From positions 543,557 to 607,556 of the forward strand of contig MFAS01000001.1 in assembly GCA_001774685.1 (NCBI GenBank): DNA of 64,000 nt. Direction: 5' to 3'. Made by a program: the position numbers and the translations under genes. The notes under the pieces are model-generated. The model was not told the origin of the DNA, searched no databases, and saw nothing but the letters and a program-made list of their open reading frames with translations. Below, piece by piece: positions 27,926 to 36,476 of this stretch (positions are counted from its first letter, which is position 1; each line of letters opens with the position of its first letter). Source of the stretch: Candidatus Collierbacteria bacterium RIFOXYD2_FULL_45_13 (GTDB taxonomy: Bacteria > Patescibacteriota > Microgenomatia > UBA1400 > MFAQ01).

Positions 27926-29404
27926 ATGTTAATAAAAAAACCCACTTGGCCATTTCTTATCCTTGTTCTGGCAGTCATCTTAAGATTTTCCGGCTATTTT
28001 GATCGTCTCAATGTGAGTGTCGACCAGGGCCGAGATGCCCTCATAGGTCTCGAATCTCTGCGGTTATACCGAGCGCCTCTTTTGGGACCACCGTCGTCCA
28101 GCTGGGGTTTTAACTTTGGGCCACTTTATTATTACGTTATTATCTTCTTTACGATCCTCATCCCAGGCATTTTTTCTCCCTGGATCGGCTTCACCCTTCT
28201 CTCTACGCTTTCCGTCTTTCTGGCTTATCTTATTGGAGTCAACTCTCGAGGAAAAACCTTTGGTGTCATACTCTCTTTGGTCACAGCTATCTCATTTGCT
28301 GAGATCGTAAACAGTGCGAACTTATTAAACACGTCCTTGGTTTCCTTCGCCGTTTTCCTCAGCTTTTATAGCGCTTCCGCCTACTTCAAAACCCAGCGTA
28401 AGAAATATCTACTCCTCTTAGGTTTCGGTGTGGCTCTAGCTGTTCATGCCCACTTACAAGCCATGCCAATTCTGGTTCTCCTTTTTTCGCCCGTATTTTT
28501 AACCCATGGTAAGAGAATAGGTCTCAAGCTTGGTACTTTAATTGGTTCGTTTGCCGGTTTTCTCCTTGGAATGACGCCTATTATAATTTTCGAGATACAG
28601 CACCACCTTGCCTGGACAAAAAGCCTCATCGATTATGCTACTTTTGGTCAATACCGTTTCTATGCTCCAGTCAGATGGCTCACGGATCTAACCGTTTTTT
28701 GGCCGAGTCGTTTCGGAGAGGTTCTGTGGGGGAACTCGGCACTCGGCCTCTACTTAGCGGTCTTTGCGTTCGTTTCTATTGTTTTCTTCACCTTCAGAAA
28801 GAAAATAGACAAAGTATCTCTACTTACCATCTTGGTTTTTATCATCGAAGTTTTTTCGATCAGAAATTATCGGGGACCCAGGTCTCCTGAATATCTCATC
28901 TTCACCCATTTCTTTATCATTTATCTTGTTTCTCTTGCTATCACCTTAGTTATCGAAGGCCGGAAGGTTCTCACTGTCCTTGCTTGCTTTATTATTCTGT
29001 CTGCCGGATTCTATTTTGACAGAAATATATATAGCCAAAGATCTCAGTCCGAAGAGACCACCGCGCTGTATGACTTTATCAATAATCAAATCGGTAAACC
29101 GGTCTCGTTTTATGTTCTTTCCGGGTCTTATGAAAACGCTTACTCTCTCTACTACTTTCTTTCCCGAAGTGGCCTAATTTCCGAGAGTGGATACCCGGTG
29201 GCTCTCTGTGACAACGGAGATAAATACGGACTGATCCCTGATCGCTGTCCTGCCTCAGATAGACTTTTTTCTACCGGCAGATACGTCCTCTTCGACTATC
29301 GCCCAGAGAATCGTCAGCGGTTCACATCGTTCGAGGTCGGCACAGTTGATCAACTCAGGCTATACCGCCGCACCTACAACAACTACGAGCTGATCAAGTA
29401 TTAA
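27926..29404 (+). CDS. GT-C (ArnT-like) membrane glycosyltransferase
   Basis: Motifs DQGRD..PLLGPPSS..FGPLYYY and PIIIFEI; multi-TM. Confidence 0.8.
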   Translation: MLIKKPTWPFLILVLAVILRFSGYFDRLNVSVDQGRDALIGLESLRLYRAPLLGPPSSSWGFNFGPLYYYVIIFFTILIPGIFSPWIGFTLLSTLSVFLAYLIGVNSRGKTFGVILSLVTAISFAEIVNSANLLNTSLVSFAVFLSFYSASAYFKTQRKKYLLLLGFGVALAVHAHLQAMPILVLLFSPVFLTHGKRIGLKLGTLIGSFAGFLLGMTPIIIFEIQHHLAWTKSLIDYATFGQYRFYAPVRWLTDLTVFWPSRFGEVLWGNSALGLYLAVFAFVSIVFFTFRKKIDKVSLLTILVFIIEVFSIRNYRGPRSPEYLIFTHFFIIYLVSLAITLVIEGRKVLTVLACFIILSAGFYFDRNIYSQRSQSEETTALYDFINNQIGKPVSFYVLSGSYENAYSLYYFLSRSGLISESGYPVALCDNGDKYGLIPDRCPASDRLFSTGRYVLFDYRPENRQRFTSFEVGTVDQLRLYRRTYNNYELIKY

Positions 29405-29469
29405 GAATCCCCAGCTAGCCGAAGGGTGGGTACAGTTTGTACATATCCTTAAGGTTAAAACAGAAGGAG

Positions 29470-29673
29470 GAGAACAACTGATGAACTGTACGAAAATATC
29501 GTACAGTTGAAGCTAATAACTCCAGATGGTAAAAAAGAAACTCAGATTGTGCCAATACAGCCACGATGTTACGCATTATTCAATCCATTCCTTCACCCAA
29601 AGCGGAACCGTTCGAACAATGGTTAGCGCCAGACAAAACCACCTTCCAAAACAGAGAAAATTTAGGAAATTGA
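29470..29673 (+). pseudogene. Bro-N (phage antirepressor-like) gene remnant, frameshifted and truncated
   Basis: One frame reads DELYENIVQLKLITPDGK; after a shift in the A6 run at about 29531 another reads RNSDCANTATMLRIIQSIPSPKAEPFEQWLA, a recognisable Bro-N signature. No start codon, and an early stop. Confidence 0.75.
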
Positions 29674-29731
29674 AATCACACGTTAATTAGCAAGTTCAGA
29701 AAAAAGAGACTATCGTGTAGAATGGGGAAAT

Positions 29732-30757
29732 ATGTCAAAACCAAAAACGGCAGTAATCATTGGTGTTTCATCTCAGGACGGTTCCTATCTAGCGGAACTT
29801 CTTTTGGACAAGGGCTACAAAGTTGTCGGTACCATACGTCGAACTACTTCCATGGTCCACGAAAACATTGAGCACCTTAAGGGTAAGATTGTTATCGAGG
29901 CAGCCGATCTCACCGATCAGGAATCTTTGAACGCCGTGATCGAGCGCCACCAGCCACACGAAGTCTATAACATAGCCTCGCAGTCTGTCCCCGGCGATGC
30001 CTGGTCTCATCCCTTTTATACCGGTGAAGTTACCGCTTTGGGACCTGTGCGGGTTTTTGAAGCCGTTCGTCATTTCTGCCCTACAGCCAGAGTCTATCAA
30101 GCTACATCCAGGGAAATTCACGGTGGGGTAAGCGGTCATGAAACAGCTACGGAATCAACCCCCATGTTTGCCAATAACCCCTACGGTATAGCCAAAGCCT
30201 ATGCCCACATGATGGTAGATTGCTATCGCAAGTCCTACGGCATGTATGTCTGCGCCGGTATCCTTTTTAATCATGAGTCTCCGCGTCGCTCGCTCCATTT
30301 TGTAACTCGTAAAATCAGTATGGGAGTTGCCTGCATCAAGCTCGGAATCAAGAAACCGCCCATTAACGAGCTTGGAGAACCCTTGGTGGATGCGGATGGC
30401 AAGCTCCATCTGGGGGATCTAAACAGCATGCGCGATTGGGGCTACGCCAAGGACTATGTCGAAGCGATGTGGATGATGTTGCAGCAAGATATGCCCAAAG
30501 ACTACGTTATTGGTACTCAGACCAGGCACTCGATCAAGGACGCCTGTAAGGCTGCTTTTGATCATGTTGGGCTCAATTGGGAAGATCATGTGGTCTCCAA
30601 CCATAGATTGATCCGTCCTACCGAAATCACAGACATGATAGGGGATTACTCCCTGGCTACCAAAGAACTGGGCTGGAAGCCAAAGGTGTACCTCAAGGAG
30701 CTTATGGAGATCATGGTAGACTCGGACATTGACTGGCTCAAAGCCCATAGTGTATAA
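29732..30757 (+). CDS. gmd: GDP-mannose 4,6-dehydratase
   Basis: Motifs QDGSYLAELLL.KGY, NPYGIAK, GILFNHESPRR..FVTRKI, RDWGYAKDYVEAMW and RPTE. Confidence 0.93.
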   Translation: MSKPKTAVIIGVSSQDGSYLAELLLDKGYKVVGTIRRTTSMVHENIEHLKGKIVIEAADLTDQESLNAVIERHQPHEVYNIASQSVPGDAWSHPFYTGEVTALGPVRVFEAVRHFCPTARVYQATSREIHGGVSGHETATESTPMFANNPYGIAKAYAHMMVDCYRKSYGMYVCAGILFNHESPRRSLHFVTRKISMGVACIKLGIKKPPINELGEPLVDADGKLHLGDLNSMRDWGYAKDYVEAMWMMLQQDMPKDYVIGTQTRHSIKDACKAAFDHVGLNWEDHVVSNHRLIRPTEITDMIGDYSLATKELGWKPKVYLKELMEIMVDSDIDWLKAHSV

Positions 30758-30766
30758 TACCTATTA

Positions 30767-31699
30767 ATGAAAAAGGCTCTCATCACTGGCAGCACCGGCT
30801 TCGTGGGTGGCCATCTATGGAAAGAACTGGAAAGCGCAGGCTACCAGGTTTTTGGCACATCCAGAACCAAAATTGAGCCTAAGAACTCCAGAATCTTTGC
30901 GTGCGATATTACCAACGAAAAGAAGCTTGCCAAGCTGATTGCCAAGCTCAAACCGGATCATATCTACCATCTGGCGGCCCAGCCGAGCCCTAGGCACTCT
31001 TACCAGTTTCCTCAGAAGACGTTTGAAATAAACAACCTCGGCACAATTAATCTTTTGGAAGCTATCAAGAACATTGCTGGTTATACTCCCAGGGTACTGG
31101 TGGTCGGCTCTGCCACGGAGTGTGGCTTTGTACCCGCCGAACAGCTCCCAATTACCGAAGCGACTCCTTTCGCTCCGGAAAACCCCTATTCTATAAGCAA
31201 ACTTGCTTGTTATCATCTCTCACTCTGCTACGCTCGTGATGGCGCCTGTGAGGTTATCTACGCTTCCTCCTTTAGTCATACCGGTCCTGGCCAAGCCACC
31301 GGGTTTTTGGCTGCAGATATTGCCAAACAAATTGTAGAGATCGAAAACGGGCACCAAGAAGCAAAGCTAGTCACTGGACACTTGGAGAACTTAAGGGATT
31401 ACCTGGATGTCAGAGACGTTGCCAAAGCCTATCGACTATTGCTCGAAAAGGGCAAAAACGGTGAAAGGTACAATGTTTGTTCCGGTATAACTGTTTCTAC
31501 CAAAACAATCTTTCAAACCCTACTTGACCTATCAAAAGTCAAAATAGATCACCAGGTTGATCCATCACGCAACAACGCTCAGGATGCCCCCATACTTTAC
31601 GGCTCACACGACAAAATCACCAAAGAAACCGGGTGGGTGCCTCAAATCTCCATAGATCAAACCCTCAAAGACCTCCTCGATTGGTATAGAGCAAAATAA
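30767..31699 (+). CDS. rmd: GDP-4-keto-6-deoxy-D-mannose reductase (Rmd-like; GDP-D-rhamnose synthesis)
   Basis: Motifs LITGSTGFVG, YHLAAQ, PYSISK, SHTGPGQ and RDYLDVRDV; directly downstream of gmd. Confidence 0.75.
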   Translation: MKKALITGSTGFVGGHLWKELESAGYQVFGTSRTKIEPKNSRIFACDITNEKKLAKLIAKLKPDHIYHLAAQPSPRHSYQFPQKTFEINNLGTINLLEAIKNIAGYTPRVLVVGSATECGFVPAEQLPITEATPFAPENPYSISKLACYHLSLCYARDGACEVIYASSFSHTGPGQATGFLAADIAKQIVEIENGHQEAKLVTGHLENLRDYLDVRDVAKAYRLLLEKGKNGERYNVCSGITVSTKTIFQTLLDLSKVKIDHQVDPSRNNAQDAPILYGSHDKITKETGWVPQISIDQTLKDLLDWYRAK

Positions 31700-31717
31700 A
31701 CCATCGGGAAAGACATT

Positions 31718-32503
31718 CTATGTTTTTATGTTCGCCATCATGCGTTCACGTACGGGCGAAAAGTCGACAACCCTTCCAGTTAAGCTTCTATTAACCAAAT
31801 CAACAAAATCTTTCATGTTTTCATAATTGTTCGCTTCTATTTCATCATCACGGGGCGAAAACTCTGGGTCATCACTAAAAATTACTCTTGACACATCTCC
31901 TAAAACAATTTCTCCCTTTCTCGTCTCTTTATCAATAACTAAAAAGAATACGTCATGGTGACAAATTTGGACCCCTTCTTGATTTAGCTTCTGATATATT
32001 TCCGATAATTGAATCCCAACCTCATTTCCATTTGAAATATTTTCAATTTGTGGCTCGTCATCTAAATACGACGCAGACGAAAGAACCATCTTTTTTCCTC
32101 CCTCGGTTAAATCAGTCATAATAATTCTTTCGTAATAACCTGGTGGAGTGTCCACCATCCTCATCGTATTCACAACTGGGAAACCAAGTCTTTTTAATTT
32201 TGAGTGGTTTTCCACAATCTTCTTCAGGGTTATTCCTTCGAACTTTTTATTTACAAAGTAATCTCTATTAAACACTTTCTCTACAAAATCTAGAATTCTC
32301 CTTTTTAGTTTGATCTTTACTCCATTTCTTACTTCTCCCTCAGAGATGCCACTCCCTATTACACCAGTATGTGGATCTCTTGATATCTCTACGAGCAATG
32401 TGTCCTCACCTGGACCTACGGTACCTTTTGTTACCAAGGAGTCTCTAAAAATTCCATCCTCCGGAAGCTCAATTAGTTCGGGCATATATTCAATATAAGA
32501 CAC
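31718..32503 (-). CDS. Hypothetical protein, possibly a degenerate kinase-like fold
   Basis: Motifs LGFPVV..IIMTDL..LNQEGV..HHD..IVLGD occur in kinase-like order; the evidence is weak. Confidence 0.55.
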   Translation of the reverse strand: MSYIEYMPELIELPEDGIFRDSLVTKGTVGPGEDTLLVEISRDPHTGVIGSGISEGEVRNGVKIKLKRRILDFVEKVFNRDYFVNKKFEGITLKKIVENHSKLKRLGFPVVNTMRMVDTPPGYYERIIMTDLTEGGKKMVLSSASYLDDEPQIENISNGNEVGIQLSEIYQKLNQEGVQICHHDVFFLVIDKETRKGEIVLGDVSRVIFSDDPEFSPRDDEIEANNYENMKDFVDLVNRSLTGRVVDFSPVRERMMANIKT

Positions 32504-32564
32504 AAAGATACAAGATTTCCATTTGTCATTAGATTTATGCTACACCTGATTGTAAAATTAAGTA

Positions 32565-33812
32565 GTGAAGAAAATAATCGGCATCCTCAAGACGGAGACT
32601 ATCAAGGACTCTTTTGTTGTAGCCCTCGGGTTGGGAGCCTCGGCTATTATTGGCTTCGTCTACACCATTCTCTTGGCTCGCAGTCTGGGGCCAATCAACT
32701 TTGGTGTTTATTCCGCCCTGACCGCTCTCGCCACCATTGTCTACAGCCTAGGAGAAATGGGTATTTCCAACTCCCTGATCAATTTTTTACCTAAGCACAC
32801 TACCGAAAGGTACCAGTATCTTTCCACTAGCTTCTGGCTGGAGTTTACCATAGGCGTATTTATCTTTATCCTCTTTGCCGTCTTTTCCCTCTTCAACCAG
32901 AGAATCGTACCGGGCTCTCTGGGGACCGATGTCTTACTTGCCGGCGTCCTAGCTTTCAACTATCTTCTGATTATCTACACCCAAGGTGTTTTTACCTCTG
33001 ATCGCAAGTTCTGGTCTTTAACCTTCAGCCAAATTATTGACTCGGCCGCCAAGATACTGATTGTTTTGTTTATTTTTAAGATGGGGAACCTGTCTATCGG
33101 CACAGCCTTAATCGCCAACATTATCTCGACCCTCATCGCCCTTCTCATTACCTTTGGCAAAGAGCTTTACCAAATTGAGTTTGATTTTTTTAAAAAGCCT
33201 TTTTGGAATATTTTTCATTTTGCCAAATGGATTGCGCTTTCCAGAGTTTTTACGGTCATGATTTCACGAATAGATATTGTTTTGCTCAATATTTTTGCAG
33301 GCAGCTTTTCGGCCGGAATTTATTCCGCTGCCAGCAGGGTAACCATTCTTTTTGCAATGATGGCAGCTGGATTGGGCTCAGTCATCAACCCTCGATTTTC
33401 CTCGTTTGATGATCACCACAAGATACTTTCTTACATGAAGAAACTTCTCTATCTGGTTTCCGGTGTCGCTGTGCTCATGATCGGCATCTCCTTCTTTGCT
33501 ACGCCTATCATCACCCTAGTGTATGGAGAAAAATACCTCGAGTCGATCGGGGTTTTTAGGTATCTAGTTCTAGCGATGATTCCCTTTCTTTATACCGTTG
33601 TTTTTAACTCGGTCATCATCTACGGCTACAACAAGGTTTCCTACTTTACCAAAATGATGGCCATTCAGACTACCATCATTATCGTCTTGGACTTAATTCT
33701 CATTCCTGCGGTTAACTTCAACGCCCCCGCTATCGCCTTATTCGCCTCTAATATTTTTGTTCTTCTGGCTTCAACTTTGAAAATCAGATTGCTCCTTCAT
33801 GAAAAGAGATAA
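32565..33812 (+). CDS. Wzx-type oligosaccharide flippase
   Basis: Motifs LLARSLGPINFGVYS, RIDIVLL and AGIYSAA; about 12 TM. Confidence 0.87.
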   Translation: MKKIIGILKTETIKDSFVVALGLGASAIIGFVYTILLARSLGPINFGVYSALTALATIVYSLGEMGISNSLINFLPKHTTERYQYLSTSFWLEFTIGVFIFILFAVFSLFNQRIVPGSLGTDVLLAGVLAFNYLLIIYTQGVFTSDRKFWSLTFSQIIDSAAKILIVLFIFKMGNLSIGTALIANIISTLIALLITFGKELYQIEFDFFKKPFWNIFHFAKWIALSRVFTVMISRIDIVLLNIFAGSFSAGIYSAASRVTILFAMMAAGLGSVINPRFSSFDDHHKILSYMKKLLYLVSGVAVLMIGISFFATPIITLVYGEKYLESIGVFRYLVLAMIPFLYTVVFNSVIIYGYNKVSYFTKMMAIQTTIIIVLDLILIPAVNFNAPAIALFASNIFVLLASTLKIRLLLHEKR

Positions 33813-35046
33813 GCTGGCAGTCATTGTCGTGCTCCTGGGTACACTTGTTCGGTTTTTCCGTTTGCCTGAACTCGCGTCTTTTTCGTATGAACAAGCTTTG
33901 GCTCTTGAGGCCTCAGGCCAAATGGTGCAAACAGGCAAGCTCTCATTAATAGGGGTTGAATATTTTATCCGGCAGACCTCAACTGGCCACAGTTTTTTTA
34001 ATAGCGCTTTCTATCTTTATCCTTTAGCGATCATGCAAAAACTTTTTGGTTTTGACCCTTTGGTCACCACCGTGCTTTTCACGGTACTCAATATTCTTTC
34101 CGGTATTGGCCTTTACTTGGTGGTGAGGCGGTACTTTACTCCAGTCGCCGCCAAGACAGCCTTAACTCTTTTTATGTTTTCCCCAATCATGGTCAATATT
34201 TCCAGATCAATTTGGCACGTGTATCTTCTGGTTCCGGTCACTGTCTGCTCGATCTGGTTGCTATACACCTCAACCCGTACCCCAAAACCGGTCTGGTTTG
34301 GACTCTTGGGAGTCGTCCTGGGATTCGGATTTGGACTTAATATTAGCTACGTTCTCGCGCTAATGACCGGGCTAATTATGTGTAGTTTCATACTTTATCA
34401 AAAACACAAGCTTGGATACCTGATCTACCTGCTTCTGGGTATGGTTTTGGGCAATCTCCCCACAGTTATTTTTGATTTAAGACATAATTTCTACAACACG
34501 TACACCTTTGCAACCTTCTTATCAGAAATGTTTTCCGGTACAAAAACAGGTTTTAGCTTTGAACCTTATCACTTTTTGTACTTTTTAATTCCCATATTTA
34601 TCCTAATATCAATTGTTATTACTCGACAATTATCTAAACGCCTCGTTTATTCCGTTTTGGCACTGTATGTTTTGATCTCCATTCCCGGTTGGCATTTAAC
34701 CGTGAAGTATCCTCAGGGAATGCCGGATGGTACGAATCTGCAAACCTTGAGACACATATCCTCAATCATTTCCCAAGACTCTTCTTCGGAATTCGAAGTC
34801 GCCGCCATACTCGATGGAGAAACCCGTGCCGAAAACCTTAGATATTTTTTAACTTATGTTGATCACAAACTGTCTATGTCAGCCGACAAATATCCGGAAG
34901 CCAAGACTCTCTATGTGGTATCTTATTTAGACCAAGATCCTCTCACCAAATCTGTTTGGGAGCTGGATTCTATAAAGCCGGCCAAGGTTGCCCGAGAGTG
35001 GAACATAAACGAATTAATTAAATTGACTAAACTGGAAAAACTTTAA
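33799..35046 (+). CDS. GT-C (ArnT-like) membrane glycosyltransferase
   Basis: Paralog-like to 2465 and 27926 (LIG loop, SRSIW, PTVIFDLRH); multi-TM. Confidence 0.75.
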   Translation: MKRDKLAVIVVLLGTLVRFFRLPELASFSYEQALALEASGQMVQTGKLSLIGVEYFIRQTSTGHSFFNSAFYLYPLAIMQKLFGFDPLVTTVLFTVLNILSGIGLYLVVRRYFTPVAAKTALTLFMFSPIMVNISRSIWHVYLLVPVTVCSIWLLYTSTRTPKPVWFGLLGVVLGFGFGLNISYVLALMTGLIMCSFILYQKHKLGYLIYLLLGMVLGNLPTVIFDLRHNFYNTYTFATFLSEMFSGTKTGFSFEPYHFLYFLIPIFILISIVITRQLSKRLVYSVLALYVLISIPGWHLTVKYPQGMPDGTNLQTLRHISSIISQDSSSEFEVAAILDGETRAENLRYFLTYVDHKLSMSADKYPEAKTLYVVSYLDQDPLTKSVWELDSIKPAKVAREWNINELIKLTKLEKL

Positions 35047-35047
35047 T

Positions 35048-35740
35048 ATGAAAAAATCCTGGACTAGCGACAGTCATAAAATCCTAGAGCAAGCCACAGG
35101 TCTCACCAATTACAATCGCTGGCTTGTCAGCCATTTCTCAACGTATTTTGGCAAAGCCATACTGGAGATCGGTAGTGGACAGGGAGCTTTATCCAAGTTG
35201 TTACCTGCCAAAGCCATCGTCATTCTCTCCGACATTATTCCCGAGTACCTGGACGGTCTCAAAAAGACTTTCACCGATCCCGTTATAAGTTTGGACATCG
35301 AAAAGGATGCACCAGCCAAGCTGGTTGGGAAAATTGACACCATTTTTTCTTCCAATGTCTTCGAGCATATAAAAAATGACAGTCAGGCTATCGTCAACTG
35401 TTTCAAATTACTGGAGCCGGGGGGCCATCTACTACTGTATGTCCCGGCACGTTCGGAGATTTATGGAAGGTTGGATGAAGCAATGGGCCACTATCGTCGC
35501 TACACAAAATTGGAGCTCACTGCGAAGGCCAAAAAAGCAGGTTTCACAGTCAAGCGCATTTATTACTCAAATTTGCCGGGATATTTTCTCTGGTGGGGTA
35601 GGGGAAGGTTCCGCTCAGCCAAGCCGGATAGCTTCTTTGCCAAAATTTTTGATCATCTCATTGTACCTCTGCTTTACTTTGAAAAATTTGTCCACCCTCT
35701 CTTCGGCCAAAGCCTCGTCCTGATCGCCACCAAACCCTAG
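35048..35740 (+). CDS. Class I SAM-dependent methyltransferase
   Basis: Motifs ILEIGSGQG, NVFEHI, LEPGG and D..MGHYRRY. Confidence 0.87.
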   Translation: MKKSWTSDSHKILEQATGLTNYNRWLVSHFSTYFGKAILEIGSGQGALSKLLPAKAIVILSDIIPEYLDGLKKTFTDPVISLDIEKDAPAKLVGKIDTIFSSNVFEHIKNDSQAIVNCFKLLEPGGHLLLYVPARSEIYGRLDEAMGHYRRYTKLELTAKAKKAGFTVKRIYYSNLPGYFLWWGRGRFRSAKPDSFFAKIFDHLIVPLLYFEKFVHPLFGQSLVLIATKP

Positions 35741-36438
35741 TCGAATAAATTGTATTTCAGAATGCACCAGAGGGCTTGGAAGCCATCCTTCCAGCCGATT
35801 TTCTTTCCTTGCTGATAGTTTCTGCCATGATAGCTAATTCCCACTTCATAGACCCTCGCTCCCATTTTCGCCACTTTAGCCGTAAACTCCGGCTCCATTC
35901 CGAAACGGTTCTCTTTCAGATCAATAGAATCGGCAATCTTCCTGGTGAACATTTTGTAGCCGGTTTCCATATCCGTAAGATTCAGATTGGTACACATATT
36001 TGATGCCAGTGTCAGTAGATTGTTGGCCAGCATATGCCAGAAATACAAAACTCGATGTGGTCTGTTTCCCAAAAATCTAGAGCCATACACCACATCGGCA
36101 TCACCGTCGGCAATCGGCCTTAGCAGGATATGTAATTCTTTTGGGTCATACTCCAAATCGGCATCCTGGATAACAACGACGTCACCGGTCACTTCTTTTA
36201 GACCCCTTCTGATCGCCGCCCCCTTTCCCTGGTTTTCTTTTAGAGAAATTATTTTTATTCCAGCCCGCCCGCCGAACCTGCGTAGCTGATGGAGGGTTCC
36301 ATCTGTCGATCCATCGTTCACAACGATGATATCCTTTTTCAGTTCATCAACTTTTGTTGCCAAAACTGCCTCTATTGCCTTTCCAATTAATTTTTCTTCG
36401 TTGTATACCGGTATTATTATGGAAATCTTCTTCAACAT
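35737..36438 (-). CDS. GT2, DPM1-like polyprenol-phosphate glycosyltransferase
   Basis: Motifs SIIIPVYNE, NQGKGAA, IQDADLEYDP, VYGSRF, LTDMETGYK and GKKIGWKDG. Confidence 0.9.
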   Translation of the reverse strand: MLKKISIIIPVYNEEKLIGKAIEAVLATKVDELKKDIIVVNDGSTDGTLHQLRRFGGRAGIKIISLKENQGKGAAIRRGLKEVTGDVVVIQDADLEYDPKELHILLRPIADGDADVVYGSRFLGNRPHRVLYFWHMLANNLLTLASNMCTNLNLTDMETGYKMFTRKIADSIDLKENRFGMEPEFTAKVAKMGARVYEVGISYHGRNYQQGKKIGWKDGFQALWCILKYNLFD

Positions 36439-36476
36439 AGCCCTAGTTTATAACAAACCGTTGCTATAATGAATTT

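Noticed and set aside
29528-29540. Programmed -1 frameshift at GGTAAAAAAG in the Bro-N fragment
   Set aside because: The codon phase (AAA AAA G) does not fit A_AAA_AAG, and the fragment has neither a start nor a full C-terminus, so decay is the simpler explanation.
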